From NCBI GenBank assembly GCA_026984135.1, contig JALSSR010000035.1, positions 6,529 through 70,528 on the forward strand: a stretch of DNA of 64,000 nt, given 5' to 3'. The position numbers and the translations under genes are program-made. The DNA comes from Bacteroidales bacterium (GTDB taxonomy: Bacteria > Bacteroidota > Bacteroidia > Bacteroidales > JAADJA01). The notes below the pieces were generated by a model, which was not told the DNA's origin, ran no database searches, and saw only the letters and a list, made by a program, of their open reading frames with translations. Positions 1 to 7,602 of this stretch are shown here, piece after piece. How positions within the stretch are numbered: position 1 is the first letter of the stretch; every line of letters starts with the position of its first letter.

Positions 1-1
1 C

Positions 2-862
2 ACCGGTTCTTTCGATGTTACTCTGATAGTTTCCGACGGTGAAGAAAGTGATACGTTGACAATCGAAAACTATATTACCGTAAGTGATGTGCCCGGTATG
101 GCTGCAATGCCGACAGGACCTGCCGAATTGTGTATGGATCCTTTAAATACTTCTTATAATACTACCGGTGTGACGGGAGTTACGGAATACGAATGGAAAC
201 TGGAACCTGATAATGCAGGAATGATTTCCGGAACAGGTACTTCGGCAACTGTTGACTGGTCCGAAACCTTTACAGGTGATGCCTCAATCAGTGTTGCAGG
301 TGTTAACTATTGCGGAACGGGTGATTTTTCAGATGTTCTTACCGTTACGGTTTATGAACAACCCGATGTTACACTCGAACCCTTTGAAATGGTTTGTGTT
401 TACGATCCCGCTTTTGAACTCACGGGCGGACAACCTGAAGGAGGTATATATTCCGGTGACGGAGTTACAAATAACATGTTCGATCCCGAAGCAGCCGGTA
501 TAGGTACTCACACAATAACTTATACTTATGAGGATGCCTTCGGATGCTCAAATTATGCAGAGCAGGATATCGTTGTGGATGCTTGTACGGGTATAGGAGA
601 AAACAACCTTGACGGTGTTGTTGTTTATCCTAATCCCAACAGCGGTAGTTTTACTCTGAAGATCAACCTTAACACTTCGGATGTTGTTGATATTAAAATT
701 TACAATGCATTGAATGAGGTTGTGTTCAGTAAGAACAATGTTGAAACAAGCCGGCAATTCTCACGGAAAATTGATTTGAACGATTTTGCAAAAGGACTCT
801 ACTATCTGCAAATTACAGGTACAGAGACTAATATTGTTAAAAAGATCATCGTTCAAAAGTAA
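2..862 (+). CDS. T9SS-sorted surface protein, 5' end cut by the window edge (tail of a PKD domain, Cys-containing Ig-like domains, T9SS C-terminal sorting domain)
   Basis: The frame is open from base 2 (TGSFDVTLIVSDGEESDTL is the end of a PKD domain). The C-terminus VVVYPNPNSGSFTLKI...GLYYLQI...KKIIVQK is a typical T9SS CTD. It is a close paralog of 52948..54471. Confidence 0.75.
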   Translation, partial: TGSFDVTLIVSDGEESDTLTIENYITVSDVPGMAAMPTGPAELCMDPLNTSYNTTGVTGVTEYEWKLEPDNAGMISGTGTSATVDWSETFTGDASISVAGVNYCGTGDFSDVLTVTVYEQPDVTLEPFEMVCVYDPAFELTGGQPEGGIYSGDGVTNNMFDPEAAGIGTHTITYTYEDAFGCSNYAEQDIVVDACTGIGENNLDGVVVYPNPNSGSFTLKINLNTSDVVDIKIYNALNEVVFSKNNVETSRQFSRKIDLNDFAKGLYYLQITGTETNIVKKIIVQK

Positions 863-884
863 AATTTTCTGAATTTAAATTTTT

Positions 885-920
885 AAAAACCCCTGTTGCG
901 AGAAACAATGGGGGTTTTTG
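885..920. terminator. Bidirectional rho-independent terminator between convergent genes
   Basis: AAAAACCCCTGTTG-CGAGAAA-CAATGGGGGTTTTT forms a stem (with G-U pairs) flanked by an A-run and a T-run. Confidence 0.55.
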
Positions 921-983
921 TTTATTTCTTCTTGCTTCGCAATTCTTGCCGAATGCAGATGAGTGCTGAAGTAGTATTGTAAA

Positions 984-2375
984 TCAAAAATTTAATTTAA
1001 ACCTCAAAAAGGCAAAATTTATCTGTTGCTTTTCATTCAAACCCGTCATTGCATTGGGAAACTTTCCTTTGAAAAACTGATAGATGAAGCTGAATTCCAG
1101 ATTATCCGAAAGGGAGTAGTCTAAACCCGGGTTGAGAAAATAGCCGTTTATTTTCGGGTAATACATTCCGGCAAAGGTAACATTGAATAGCGGTGTTACC
1201 GGGTATTGAATACTTCCGAAAATATTCCAGGGAGTAAAGGAGAGATATCTGGCATTGAGGTTTGAGGTATAAAAAGTTGCAAAGTTCGATATCGGATTGT
1301 CTTTGGTTATTTTGGTATAAAGCACCTGAGCCGTAATACTTAATGAATTGCTAAACAAGTAATCCAGCGAAACGGTTGCACTCAAACTTGCTTCACGGGT
1401 TGTGTCGCTATTGTCAATGGGATTGAAATATGTGGCTTCGCCCCTGAATCCGAGGTTTTTTATTGCACCGGCCCAGCCCAGTCCCGCAACATAGTCCCGC
1501 TGCTCCATCTCTCCGAGAATAAACTGAAAATCATAGTTCCATTTGTTTATCAGCCATTTGCCGGCCAATGTCATTCTTTTTTCATAATTTATTGACGAGG
1601 CTATCTCAACAGAGGAAGCCGCTCCCGTGTAATATTGTACTCTTACGGCATCACTGCCCGGCTTTTCAACATAATCGAAATCAAAATAGGAATAGGTGTT
1701 AAAAATATCATTCGGGTTCCATACAAGTGTTCTTCCCCAGTTGATACGTTGGCGCCCGAGTTTAAAATCAACATTTTTGAAACTGTATTTCACATAGAGC
1801 CGATCTAAGGTGGTATTTAATAAGAAATTTTTCTCTGATAAAACGTTCCGGTTCATTTTCAGATAGCCATTGTCCGATTTTATCATTTTTGAATAATCGG
1901 GGAAAAGCAGTACGGAATTTCCATAAATAAAGCGGGTACGAAGCTGTGCAGAGAAAGAGAGATTTCCGGTTGGGAAATAATCAAAATTCAGCCGGTTGTG
2001 AAGTTGGTTGTCAATTACCCAGATGTTGGAAATGGAATCGAACATATTAGTGTTCATATAAGAGATGTAACCGCTGAGTGTAAATTTATGCGGTTTTTGT
2101 GATTGGGCGGGGGAGAAGGAGAGAAGGGAGACTATGAAAAAAACAGGTATCGCGCAGTGGTGCAGTGATGTGGCGAAAGAAAAAGGTGTCACGCGGCGAC
2201 GCAGCGACGCAACGAAAGGGAAAAGTGTCACGCGGCGACGCAGCGACGCTGCGGAAAGAAAGGGTGTCAGGTGGCGATGCAGCGACGCAAAGTGGTAAAA
2301 AGGTTTATTGCTACAATCTACAGACATATAAGATTTTAATTTCTCTATTAAATATTTTATAATGTTGATTATCAT
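984..2375 (-). CDS. Putative outer-membrane beta-barrel protein, last gene of the LolA-like/ABC export operon; start codon uncertain
   Basis: It has a signal-like segment (AIPVFFIVSLLSFSPAQSQ), alternating beta-strand-like sequence rich in Y/F/N/G, and a C-terminal ...FAFLRFKLNF ending in Phe. It lies 18 bp downstream of the ABC ATPase gene. Confidence 0.5.
   Translation of the reverse strand: MIINIIKYLIEKLKSYMSVDCSNKPFYHFASLHRHLTPFLSAASLRRRVTLFPFVASLRRRVTPFSFATSLHHCAIPVFFIVSLLSFSPAQSQKPHKFTLSGYISYMNTNMFDSISNIWVIDNQLHNRLNFDYFPTGNLSFSAQLRTRFIYGNSVLLFPDYSKMIKSDNGYLKMNRNVLSEKNFLLNTTLDRLYVKYSFKNVDFKLGRQRINWGRTLVWNPNDIFNTYSYFDFDYVEKPGSDAVRVQYYTGAASSVEIASSINYEKRMTLAGKWLINKWNYDFQFILGEMEQRDYVAGLGWAGAIKNLGFRGEATYFNPIDNSDTTREASLSATVSLDYLFSNSLSITAQVLYTKITKDNPISNFATFYTSNLNARYLSFTPWNIFGSIQYPVTPLFNVTFAGMYYPKINGYFLNPGLDYSLSDNLEFSFIYQFFKGKFPNAMTGLNEKQQINFAFLRFKLNF
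2165..2300. repeat. GC-rich tandem repeat, period 39 bp, 3 copies
   Basis: GTGTCACGCGGCGACGCAGCGACGC occurs at 2186-2210 and 2225-2249, and GTGTCAGGTGGCGATGCAGCGACGC at 2264-2288. The repeat lies inside the 5' part of ORF 984..2375. Confidence 0.85.
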
Positions 2376-2393
2376 TATTATATGACTCTTTCT

Positions 2394-3074
2394 TTATTCG
2401 TTGGCAATAACTTTTCCGTCTTCCAGATTAATCAGTCTTTTTGCTTTTTTCATTACCCTGGCGTCGTGTGTTGCGAAGATAAAAGTTATATTTTCTTCTT
2501 TGTTGAGTTTCTCCATTATTTCCAGTAGTTTTTCGGTAGCTTTGGAGTCTAAGTTGGCCGTAGGTTCGTCGGCAAGGATGAATTTCGGTTTTGAGGCAAG
2601 GGCACGCGCCACGGCAACTCTTTGTTGTTGTCCGCCCGAAAGTTTGGATGGTCTGGAATCCGCCCTGTCACCTATTCCCACGGCTTCGAGGAGCGCCATA
2701 GCACGTTCCAGCCGCTCTTTTTTCGGACGGTGTTGAAGATGCATTATAAACTCCACATTTTCGCGGGCAGTAAGTACCGGGATTAAATTGTATGCCTGAA
2801 AAACAAATCCGATATTTTTCATTCTGAAATCGGTCAGTTTAGATTCGCTTAATTCTCCAATATTGACTCCGTCAATAATTATTTCTCCCTTTGTAGGTGA
2901 ATCCAATCCTCCGAGAAGGTTTAACAAAGTGGTTTTGCCGCAGCCCGAAGGCCCGACTATTGCCGAAAATTCACCCTGTTCAAAGCTTAAATCTATGCCG
3001 TTAACGGCATAAACAGGTATCTCGCTGTTTTCGTTATAGATTTTGTGCAGGTTTTTTATTTCTATGATACTCAT
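2394..3074 (-). CDS. ABC transporter ATP-binding protein (LolD/MacB/FtsE-like)
   Basis: Walker A is GPSGCGKTT, the signature is LSGGQQQRVAVARAL, and Walker B is ILADEPT. Confidence 0.92.
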   Translation of the reverse strand: MSIIEIKNLHKIYNENSEIPVYAVNGIDLSFEQGEFSAIVGPSGCGKTTLLNLLGGLDSPTKGEIIIDGVNIGELSESKLTDFRMKNIGFVFQAYNLIPVLTARENVEFIMHLQHRPKKERLERAMALLEAVGIGDRADSRPSKLSGGQQQRVAVARALASKPKFILADEPTANLDSKATEKLLEIMEKLNKEENITFIFATHDARVMKKAKRLINLEDGKVIANE

Positions 3075-3281
3075 ATCTTTATGTTTGTTTTAATTTACTA
3101 TATAATCCATATAATTACCAGGATTCACGATAACAAAACGAGCATCGGGATAAGCTTTTTTCCACATTCCCGGAGCTTTCACTTTGATATTCGGATTCCA
3201 TTTTAACTCAATTCCCGTTAAACCGTTGTCCTTTTCTTCTATCCCACTCGTCGCCTTATAAAAATACTATATCCCCTCTAA

Positions 3282-3345
3282 TTGACGGAAAAGATATACT
3301 TTCCGTCAGTTGAGTGACGGAAAAGACATACTTTCCGTCAGTTCA
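3282..3345. repeat. Tandem duplication (period 32 bp) of a perfect hairpin
   Basis: TGACGGAAAAGATATACTTTCCGTCA at 3283-3308 and TGACGGAAAAGACATACTTTCCGTCA at 3315-3340. Each has 9-bp arms, TGACGGAAA/TTTCCGTCA. Confidence 0.85.
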
Positions 3346-3375
3346 TCAAAAAAGAACTTCAAATATATCTCTCTT

Positions 3376-3439
3376 TCGCCCCATCGCCCCATCGCTCCTT
3401 CGCTCCTTCGCCCCCTCGCCCTCTCGCCCCTTCGCCCTC
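3376..3439. repeat. Degenerate 8-bp tandem array (TCGCCCYN, 8 units); G-tract rich on the minus (transcribed) strand
   Basis: The units read tcgcccca tcgcccca tcgctcct tcgctcct tcgccccc tcgccctc tcgcccct tcgccctc. The array lies immediately 3' of the permease stop codon (3444). Confidence 0.85.
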
Positions 3440-3443
3440 TCCT

Positions 3444-4862
3444 CTACTCACTACGTATCGCCTCGGCAGGCTTCAGTCTGATAGCATGCCAGGCCGGATA
3501 AACCGATGCTAAAATACCGGTAAGTATAACCATTACCGCTACCTGAACATACTCGATAAAACCCACTGTGGGATAAATTATCGAAGGATAGCCTATAGCC
3601 TGAAGCCCTTGGCTGATGGAGCTTAAATCAATTCCGTTATGATTTAAAATTGTTACAGTAATCCAACTTAAAAGAATTCCTGCGACACCTCCGGTCAATG
3701 AAAGAAAAACCGTTTCATACATTATCATCGTAAATACCCGTTTACGGTTCATACCTATGGCAATGAGCATTCCGATTTCGCGAACTCTTTCAAGCACGAC
3801 CATCAACATCGTGTTAACAATTCCAAAGCCAAGTGCCAGAAGGATTATCCCGACAAAAACAAAAAGCATAAAATCAAGCCAGGTTGATTGCATAGCCAAT
3901 TCGGGGGAAAGCGTTTTCCATTCCGCAACATCAATACCCGTTTCGGCAACGGACCGGATTTGCTTTTTATATTGCTCATAAACATCAGACCCGAGAATCC
4001 GGTTCATTTCCCTGTCAAACTCATCATAAGAATACTCTTTGTCAGCTTTAAATGATTTCAGTTCATCGTAAATATTTTCAGGTATGGAATCATTTCTTGC
4101 ACGTAACAATGCATTGTCATCAATTTTGAATTTTGTATATTTTTCTTTTAGAGATTGTATTATTTCACCTGTTTCCATCATATCCTTCATCAGTACGGCT
4201 ATCTCATGAGCCTGATTATCGGTGAATCCGAATATCTTAACGGCATCATCATAGCGTATGAAAACATTCGATTCGTCGAAGCCCGTATTTTGAGTGCGAA
4301 AAATTCCCACAACCCTGAAAACCGGCTGTATTGATTCTCCGTTAACGTCAATTGCATTTATCATCAGTTTACTGCGAACATGCACTTTCAGTTTTTCAGC
4401 CGTTTTTTGCCCGATGAGAATGGGATTTCGTTTCATACCCTCAAAATAGCTACTTGTGGAATCAATCAGATGTTTATAAAGTTCGGATACTTTTTTTTCG
4501 TTATCAGGTTGAATTGCAACCAGCATAGATCCGGCAGCAGATCTGTTGGAGCTAACCATAACCTCCATTTTAAAACGCTTGCTCACAGCTTCCACACCTT
4601 GATTTCCGCGAATGTCCTTCATCAATGAATCCGCATTGTTCAAAACATATTTGATTTCATTATTTTCAAGATATTCCGCTTGATGCAACTGTAATGAGGA
4701 GACCTCTATTTTGATAGCATCGTTGAGCCTTCCCAGTAAGAGGCCGTTCATAAATGCCACGGCCACAATACCTCCGAGTAGCCCGAAACATATTGCCATT
4801 ATCACCACCAAACTCCGTACTTTGTTACGCCATATATTTTTCCATGCAATTGATAGTATCAT
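3444..4862 (-). CDS. ABC transporter permease, FtsX/MacB-like, with a large periplasmic domain
   Basis: The N-terminus WKNIWRNKVRS plus a TM helix, a long soluble domain, and a C-terminal FtsX-type 3-TM bundle ending AIRLKPAEAIR. Confidence 0.85.
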   Translation of the reverse strand: MILSIAWKNIWRNKVRSLVVIMAICFGLLGGIVAVAFMNGLLLGRLNDAIKIEVSSLQLHQAEYLENNEIKYVLNNADSLMKDIRGNQGVEAVSKRFKMEVMVSSNRSAAGSMLVAIQPDNEKKVSELYKHLIDSTSSYFEGMKRNPILIGQKTAEKLKVHVRSKLMINAIDVNGESIQPVFRVVGIFRTQNTGFDESNVFIRYDDAVKIFGFTDNQAHEIAVLMKDMMETGEIIQSLKEKYTKFKIDDNALLRARNDSIPENIYDELKSFKADKEYSYDEFDREMNRILGSDVYEQYKKQIRSVAETGIDVAEWKTLSPELAMQSTWLDFMLFVFVGIILLALGFGIVNTMLMVVLERVREIGMLIAIGMNRKRVFTMIMYETVFLSLTGGVAGILLSWITVTILNHNGIDLSSISQGLQAIGYPSIIYPTVGFIEYVQVAVMVILTGILASVYPAWHAIRLKPAEAIRSE

Positions 4863-4873
4863 AATAACATAGT

Positions 4874-6094
4874 TTACGAATGAATAGCATCTATAATTTT
4901 AAATCCGGTTATTTTTATTATTGAATATAACACGGCAATAACCAGCAGTGCCAGCACCACATAGAACTGATTCAGGAAAATCCCGAAGTCTTTTGAAAAA
5001 GCAAGGACAGGTTCAATCCCGAATTGTTCGTAAATATCTTTCATCTCGCCTCCGATTTTTATTGGAGATCTGTAATAATATGAAACAATCCCTGTGCTGA
5101 TAAGCTCTCCTGTCAGTGCTCCCACAAGACCGAGCAAGATAGTTTCGACGAAGACTATCATTGCAAGATAGTACCTGTGCATTCCGAGTGCGACCATAAC
5201 TCCGAATTCCTTACGCCTCTCGGCGGTCATCATAATTATTGTACCGAGGATACCGAAAAATATTACAACATATAAAATACCAAGCATTATTTGTCCGCTG
5301 ACACTGTCACTTTCAATTTGCTGTTTCAACTCCTTGTTCATATCCGTCCAGCTTAATGCAACGAATCTGCCCGAATCAATTATCTTTTTTACTTCAGGTA
5401 ATACCTTATCAATATTATTCTTGCTATTGATATTCACAACCATCGAGGTCAACATTCCGTCGGCGCCATAGAAGTCCTGTACCCTTTTGAGCGAACCGAT
5501 TATCAATATCCTGTCTAATTTGGGATTAGGTATTTTTACAATTCCTCTGACCGGGAAAACATCGGCGGCCGTGACAGCGTGATATCCCTGACTTAGTAGC
5601 ACTACCGTATCACCCACATTTACACCCATATAACCTGCAAGGCGTTGTGAAAGCAAAATACCCTCATCATCTTTCGTCAGGAAACTGCCTTTGACAACTT
5701 TATGCGAAATTTGTGTCATTTGATTATCAAGAAAAGGGTCAATACCTTGAAAAATAGCTCCTTTTGTTTTATTGCCGTACGAAATCAGCGCAAAGGATTC
5801 AAGCCGTGGCAAAACACCTGTGACATCCGGCAATTTTGAAATTTCCTTTCGCAGTAACAAGGAGTCGGGCATAAGGTCGTCAATGGTTTTATCTTTCCAA
5901 TATGCACTGTCCTGCACTTGTATAAACCCGGAATATTGTCTGACGGCACTGTCTATCATTCTGTCGTAAGTTCCGAGTTGCATCGAACGCATCACAACAC
6001 CGAAAATAACGGCAAACATTAACGACGATGCTGTGATGACGGTTCGGCGTTTATTACGCCAGATATTGCGCCAGGCCAGTTTTATGATTTCCAT
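4874..6094 (-). CDS. ABC transporter permease, FtsX/MacB-like
   Basis: The N-terminus is WRNIWRNKRRT. It has the same topology as the neighbouring permease and is 12 bp from it. Confidence 0.85.
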   Translation of the reverse strand: MEIIKLAWRNIWRNKRRTVITASSLMFAVIFGVVMRSMQLGTYDRMIDSAVRQYSGFIQVQDSAYWKDKTIDDLMPDSLLLRKEISKLPDVTGVLPRLESFALISYGNKTKGAIFQGIDPFLDNQMTQISHKVVKGSFLTKDDEGILLSQRLAGYMGVNVGDTVVLLSQGYHAVTAADVFPVRGIVKIPNPKLDRILIIGSLKRVQDFYGADGMLTSMVVNINSKNNIDKVLPEVKKIIDSGRFVALSWTDMNKELKQQIESDSVSGQIMLGILYVVIFFGILGTIIMMTAERRKEFGVMVALGMHRYYLAMIVFVETILLGLVGALTGELISTGIVSYYYRSPIKIGGEMKDIYEQFGIEPVLAFSKDFGIFLNQFYVVLALLVIAVLYSIIKITGFKIIDAIHS

Positions 6095-6098
6095 AATA

Positions 6099-6860
6099 TT
6101 ATCTGATTCGTTTCATATTTTGTTGTGAAAAGAATGATTCGTCAAGAGGTTTGTTAAAGATAATATCTTTTAATACCACAACGGTTTTATTTCCCGGATT
6201 GTCTTCCGGAATTATTTCAAACTTTGACGGTAATCTCTTACCTCCGAATGTTTTTATCTCAGATGCTATTTCCGTTTTTACGAGGTACATATCATCATCG
6301 TACGATTCCGTTTTGAGTGTAAAAAAATCATCTTTGCTTATCCAGCTTACTTTCTTTCCCCACACGACATCATCATCATTTTTAGGTACGGATTCGATAA
6401 CATAACAATCCATATTCTCAAATTTCTCCGTTTTCAATATTTTATGATTGAATTTCGATACTAAGGACCCCTCGTTCATCATATCGTCGTTAGTGTAATC
6501 CGAACCCATCCAACCCTGCGACATTGCCGAAGGAGGGAGTTTTATCATCCTTGATATTCTCGGTATATAATTCCACATTTCATTTTTACGCTTCATAAAA
6601 ACCTGTCCCTTTTCTTTTGCGGGAGCAGTTATCAAAACCATAGAGTAAGCGGTTCCTTTGGTCCACATTTTCATACTGATACTTCTTTTCCATGTAGGTC
6701 TGACCAGGGTCATATCCATACTGCCTTCACTTGTTTCGCCGTATCGAAGGTCATTTGCTTTTTTGATAATTTCGACGGCTGTCAAATCTGTTTTTTGTTG
6801 CAGGAAAAGTCCCGAAGCAAAAATTAAGGCCAGAATCGGTAATATTGTTCTATTTCTCAT
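6099..6860 (-). CDS. Outer-membrane lipoprotein-sorting (LolA-like) protein
   Basis: It has a signal peptide and matches the remembered pattern of the LolA-like family (...MWNYIPRISRMIKLPPSAMSQGWMGSDYTNDDM...). It sits next to FtsX permeases, as is usual for this family. Confidence 0.7.
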   Translation of the reverse strand: MRNRTILPILALIFASGLFLQQKTDLTAVEIIKKANDLRYGETSEGSMDMTLVRPTWKRSISMKMWTKGTAYSMVLITAPAKEKGQVFMKRKNEMWNYIPRISRMIKLPPSAMSQGWMGSDYTNDDMMNEGSLVSKFNHKILKTEKFENMDCYVIESVPKNDDDVVWGKKVSWISKDDFFTLKTESYDDDMYLVKTEIASEIKTFGGKRLPSKFEIIPEDNPGNKTVVVLKDIIFNKPLDESFFSQQNMKRIR

Positions 6861-7434
6861 TTTTAAAATATATCTGTTTAAAACGTTTTATACAGTATTC
6901 TTTGGGGAACTCATCGGGCAAAAAAAGATAATTGAGGCTTATACCGTCAAGGATGAATCTGAAAAAGAAGGCCTCGTCCATAGGATTTTCAAAACCAAGT
7001 TGTGCCATTAATTTTGCAAAATCTTCCATAATCGGCTCCGAAAGTTCATTCATCTTGTCTTTTAAAATTTCAAAAACATCCTTTTTCATTAAAACGGAGA
7101 AATAAACCTTGAAAACCTCCTCCAGTTCATCCATCACATTAAAAGTTGTTTCGACCAGTTTCAGCAGATTTTCTTTGGGTGTCAAATTTTCATCAATAAT
7201 GAATTTATCAAAAATTTTTCGGTATCCGTCATACATTATTTCCGTAAGGAGTTCTTCTTTGCTATCGAAATAATTATATATCAGGCCTTTGGAGACACCC
7301 GATTCTTTTGCAATTACCGAAATGGAAGTGCCGTGATAACCCTTTTCCGAAATTACCTTTAAGGCCGCATCCATAATGATCTGCTTCTTCTTGTTGCGGA
7401 TATTTTCAAATTGTTCTGCTGTTCTTGGTGACAT
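6850..7434 (-). CDS. TetR/AcrR family transcriptional regulator
   Basis: The N-terminal HTH is GYHGTSISVIAKESGVSKGLIYNYFDSKEELL. It is the first gene of the operon and overlaps the next gene by 11 nt. Confidence 0.9.
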   Translation of the reverse strand: MSPRTAEQFENIRNKKKQIIMDAALKVISEKGYHGTSISVIAKESGVSKGLIYNYFDSKEELLTEIMYDGYRKIFDKFIIDENLTPKENLLKLVETTFNVMDELEEVFKVYFSVLMKKDVFEILKDKMNELSEPIMEDFAKLMAQLGFENPMDEAFFFRFILDGISLNYLFLPDEFPKEYCIKRFKQIYFKNEK

Positions 7435-7602
7435 ATTTATAAATCAACAAACATTTATGACTGAACGACCGGTCAAAAATAAAAAATATTTTTGATTTGA
7501 ATGGATTATTTTTATTTTTTTATCCTTTTAACTTTAAAACAACTTGAATGGGATAGTTTTAAGGATTTGAACAGAGGTAGTCAAGCTGAATTTTGTTTAA
7601 AG

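Noticed and set aside
2165-2362. Track ORF (65 aa, plus strand) with SRGDAATQRKGKVSRGDAATLRKE
   Set aside because: It is a translation of the 39-bp repeat on the strand opposite to the operon, with no supporting signals.
3090-3266. Minus-strand open frame ...YKATSGIEEKDNGLTGIELKWNPNIKVKAPGMWKKAYPDARFVIVNPGNYMDYIVN* in the gap between the ATPase and permease genes
   Set aside because: It has no usable start codon (the only Met residues are near the end) and I recognise no family. It may be a gene remnant, but I cannot support calling it a feature.
3310-3501. Track ORF (63 aa, plus strand) with PHRPIAPSLLRPLALSPLRPL
   Set aside because: It is a translation of the 8-bp GC-rich repeat array and runs antisense into the permease gene, so it is spurious.
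7463-7480. TGACTGAACGACCGGTCA upstream of the TetR gene as a possible operator
   Set aside because: Only the outer TGAC/GTCA and an inner GACCGGTC are symmetric, so the whole is not a clean palindrome. The evidence is too weak to call without comparative data.
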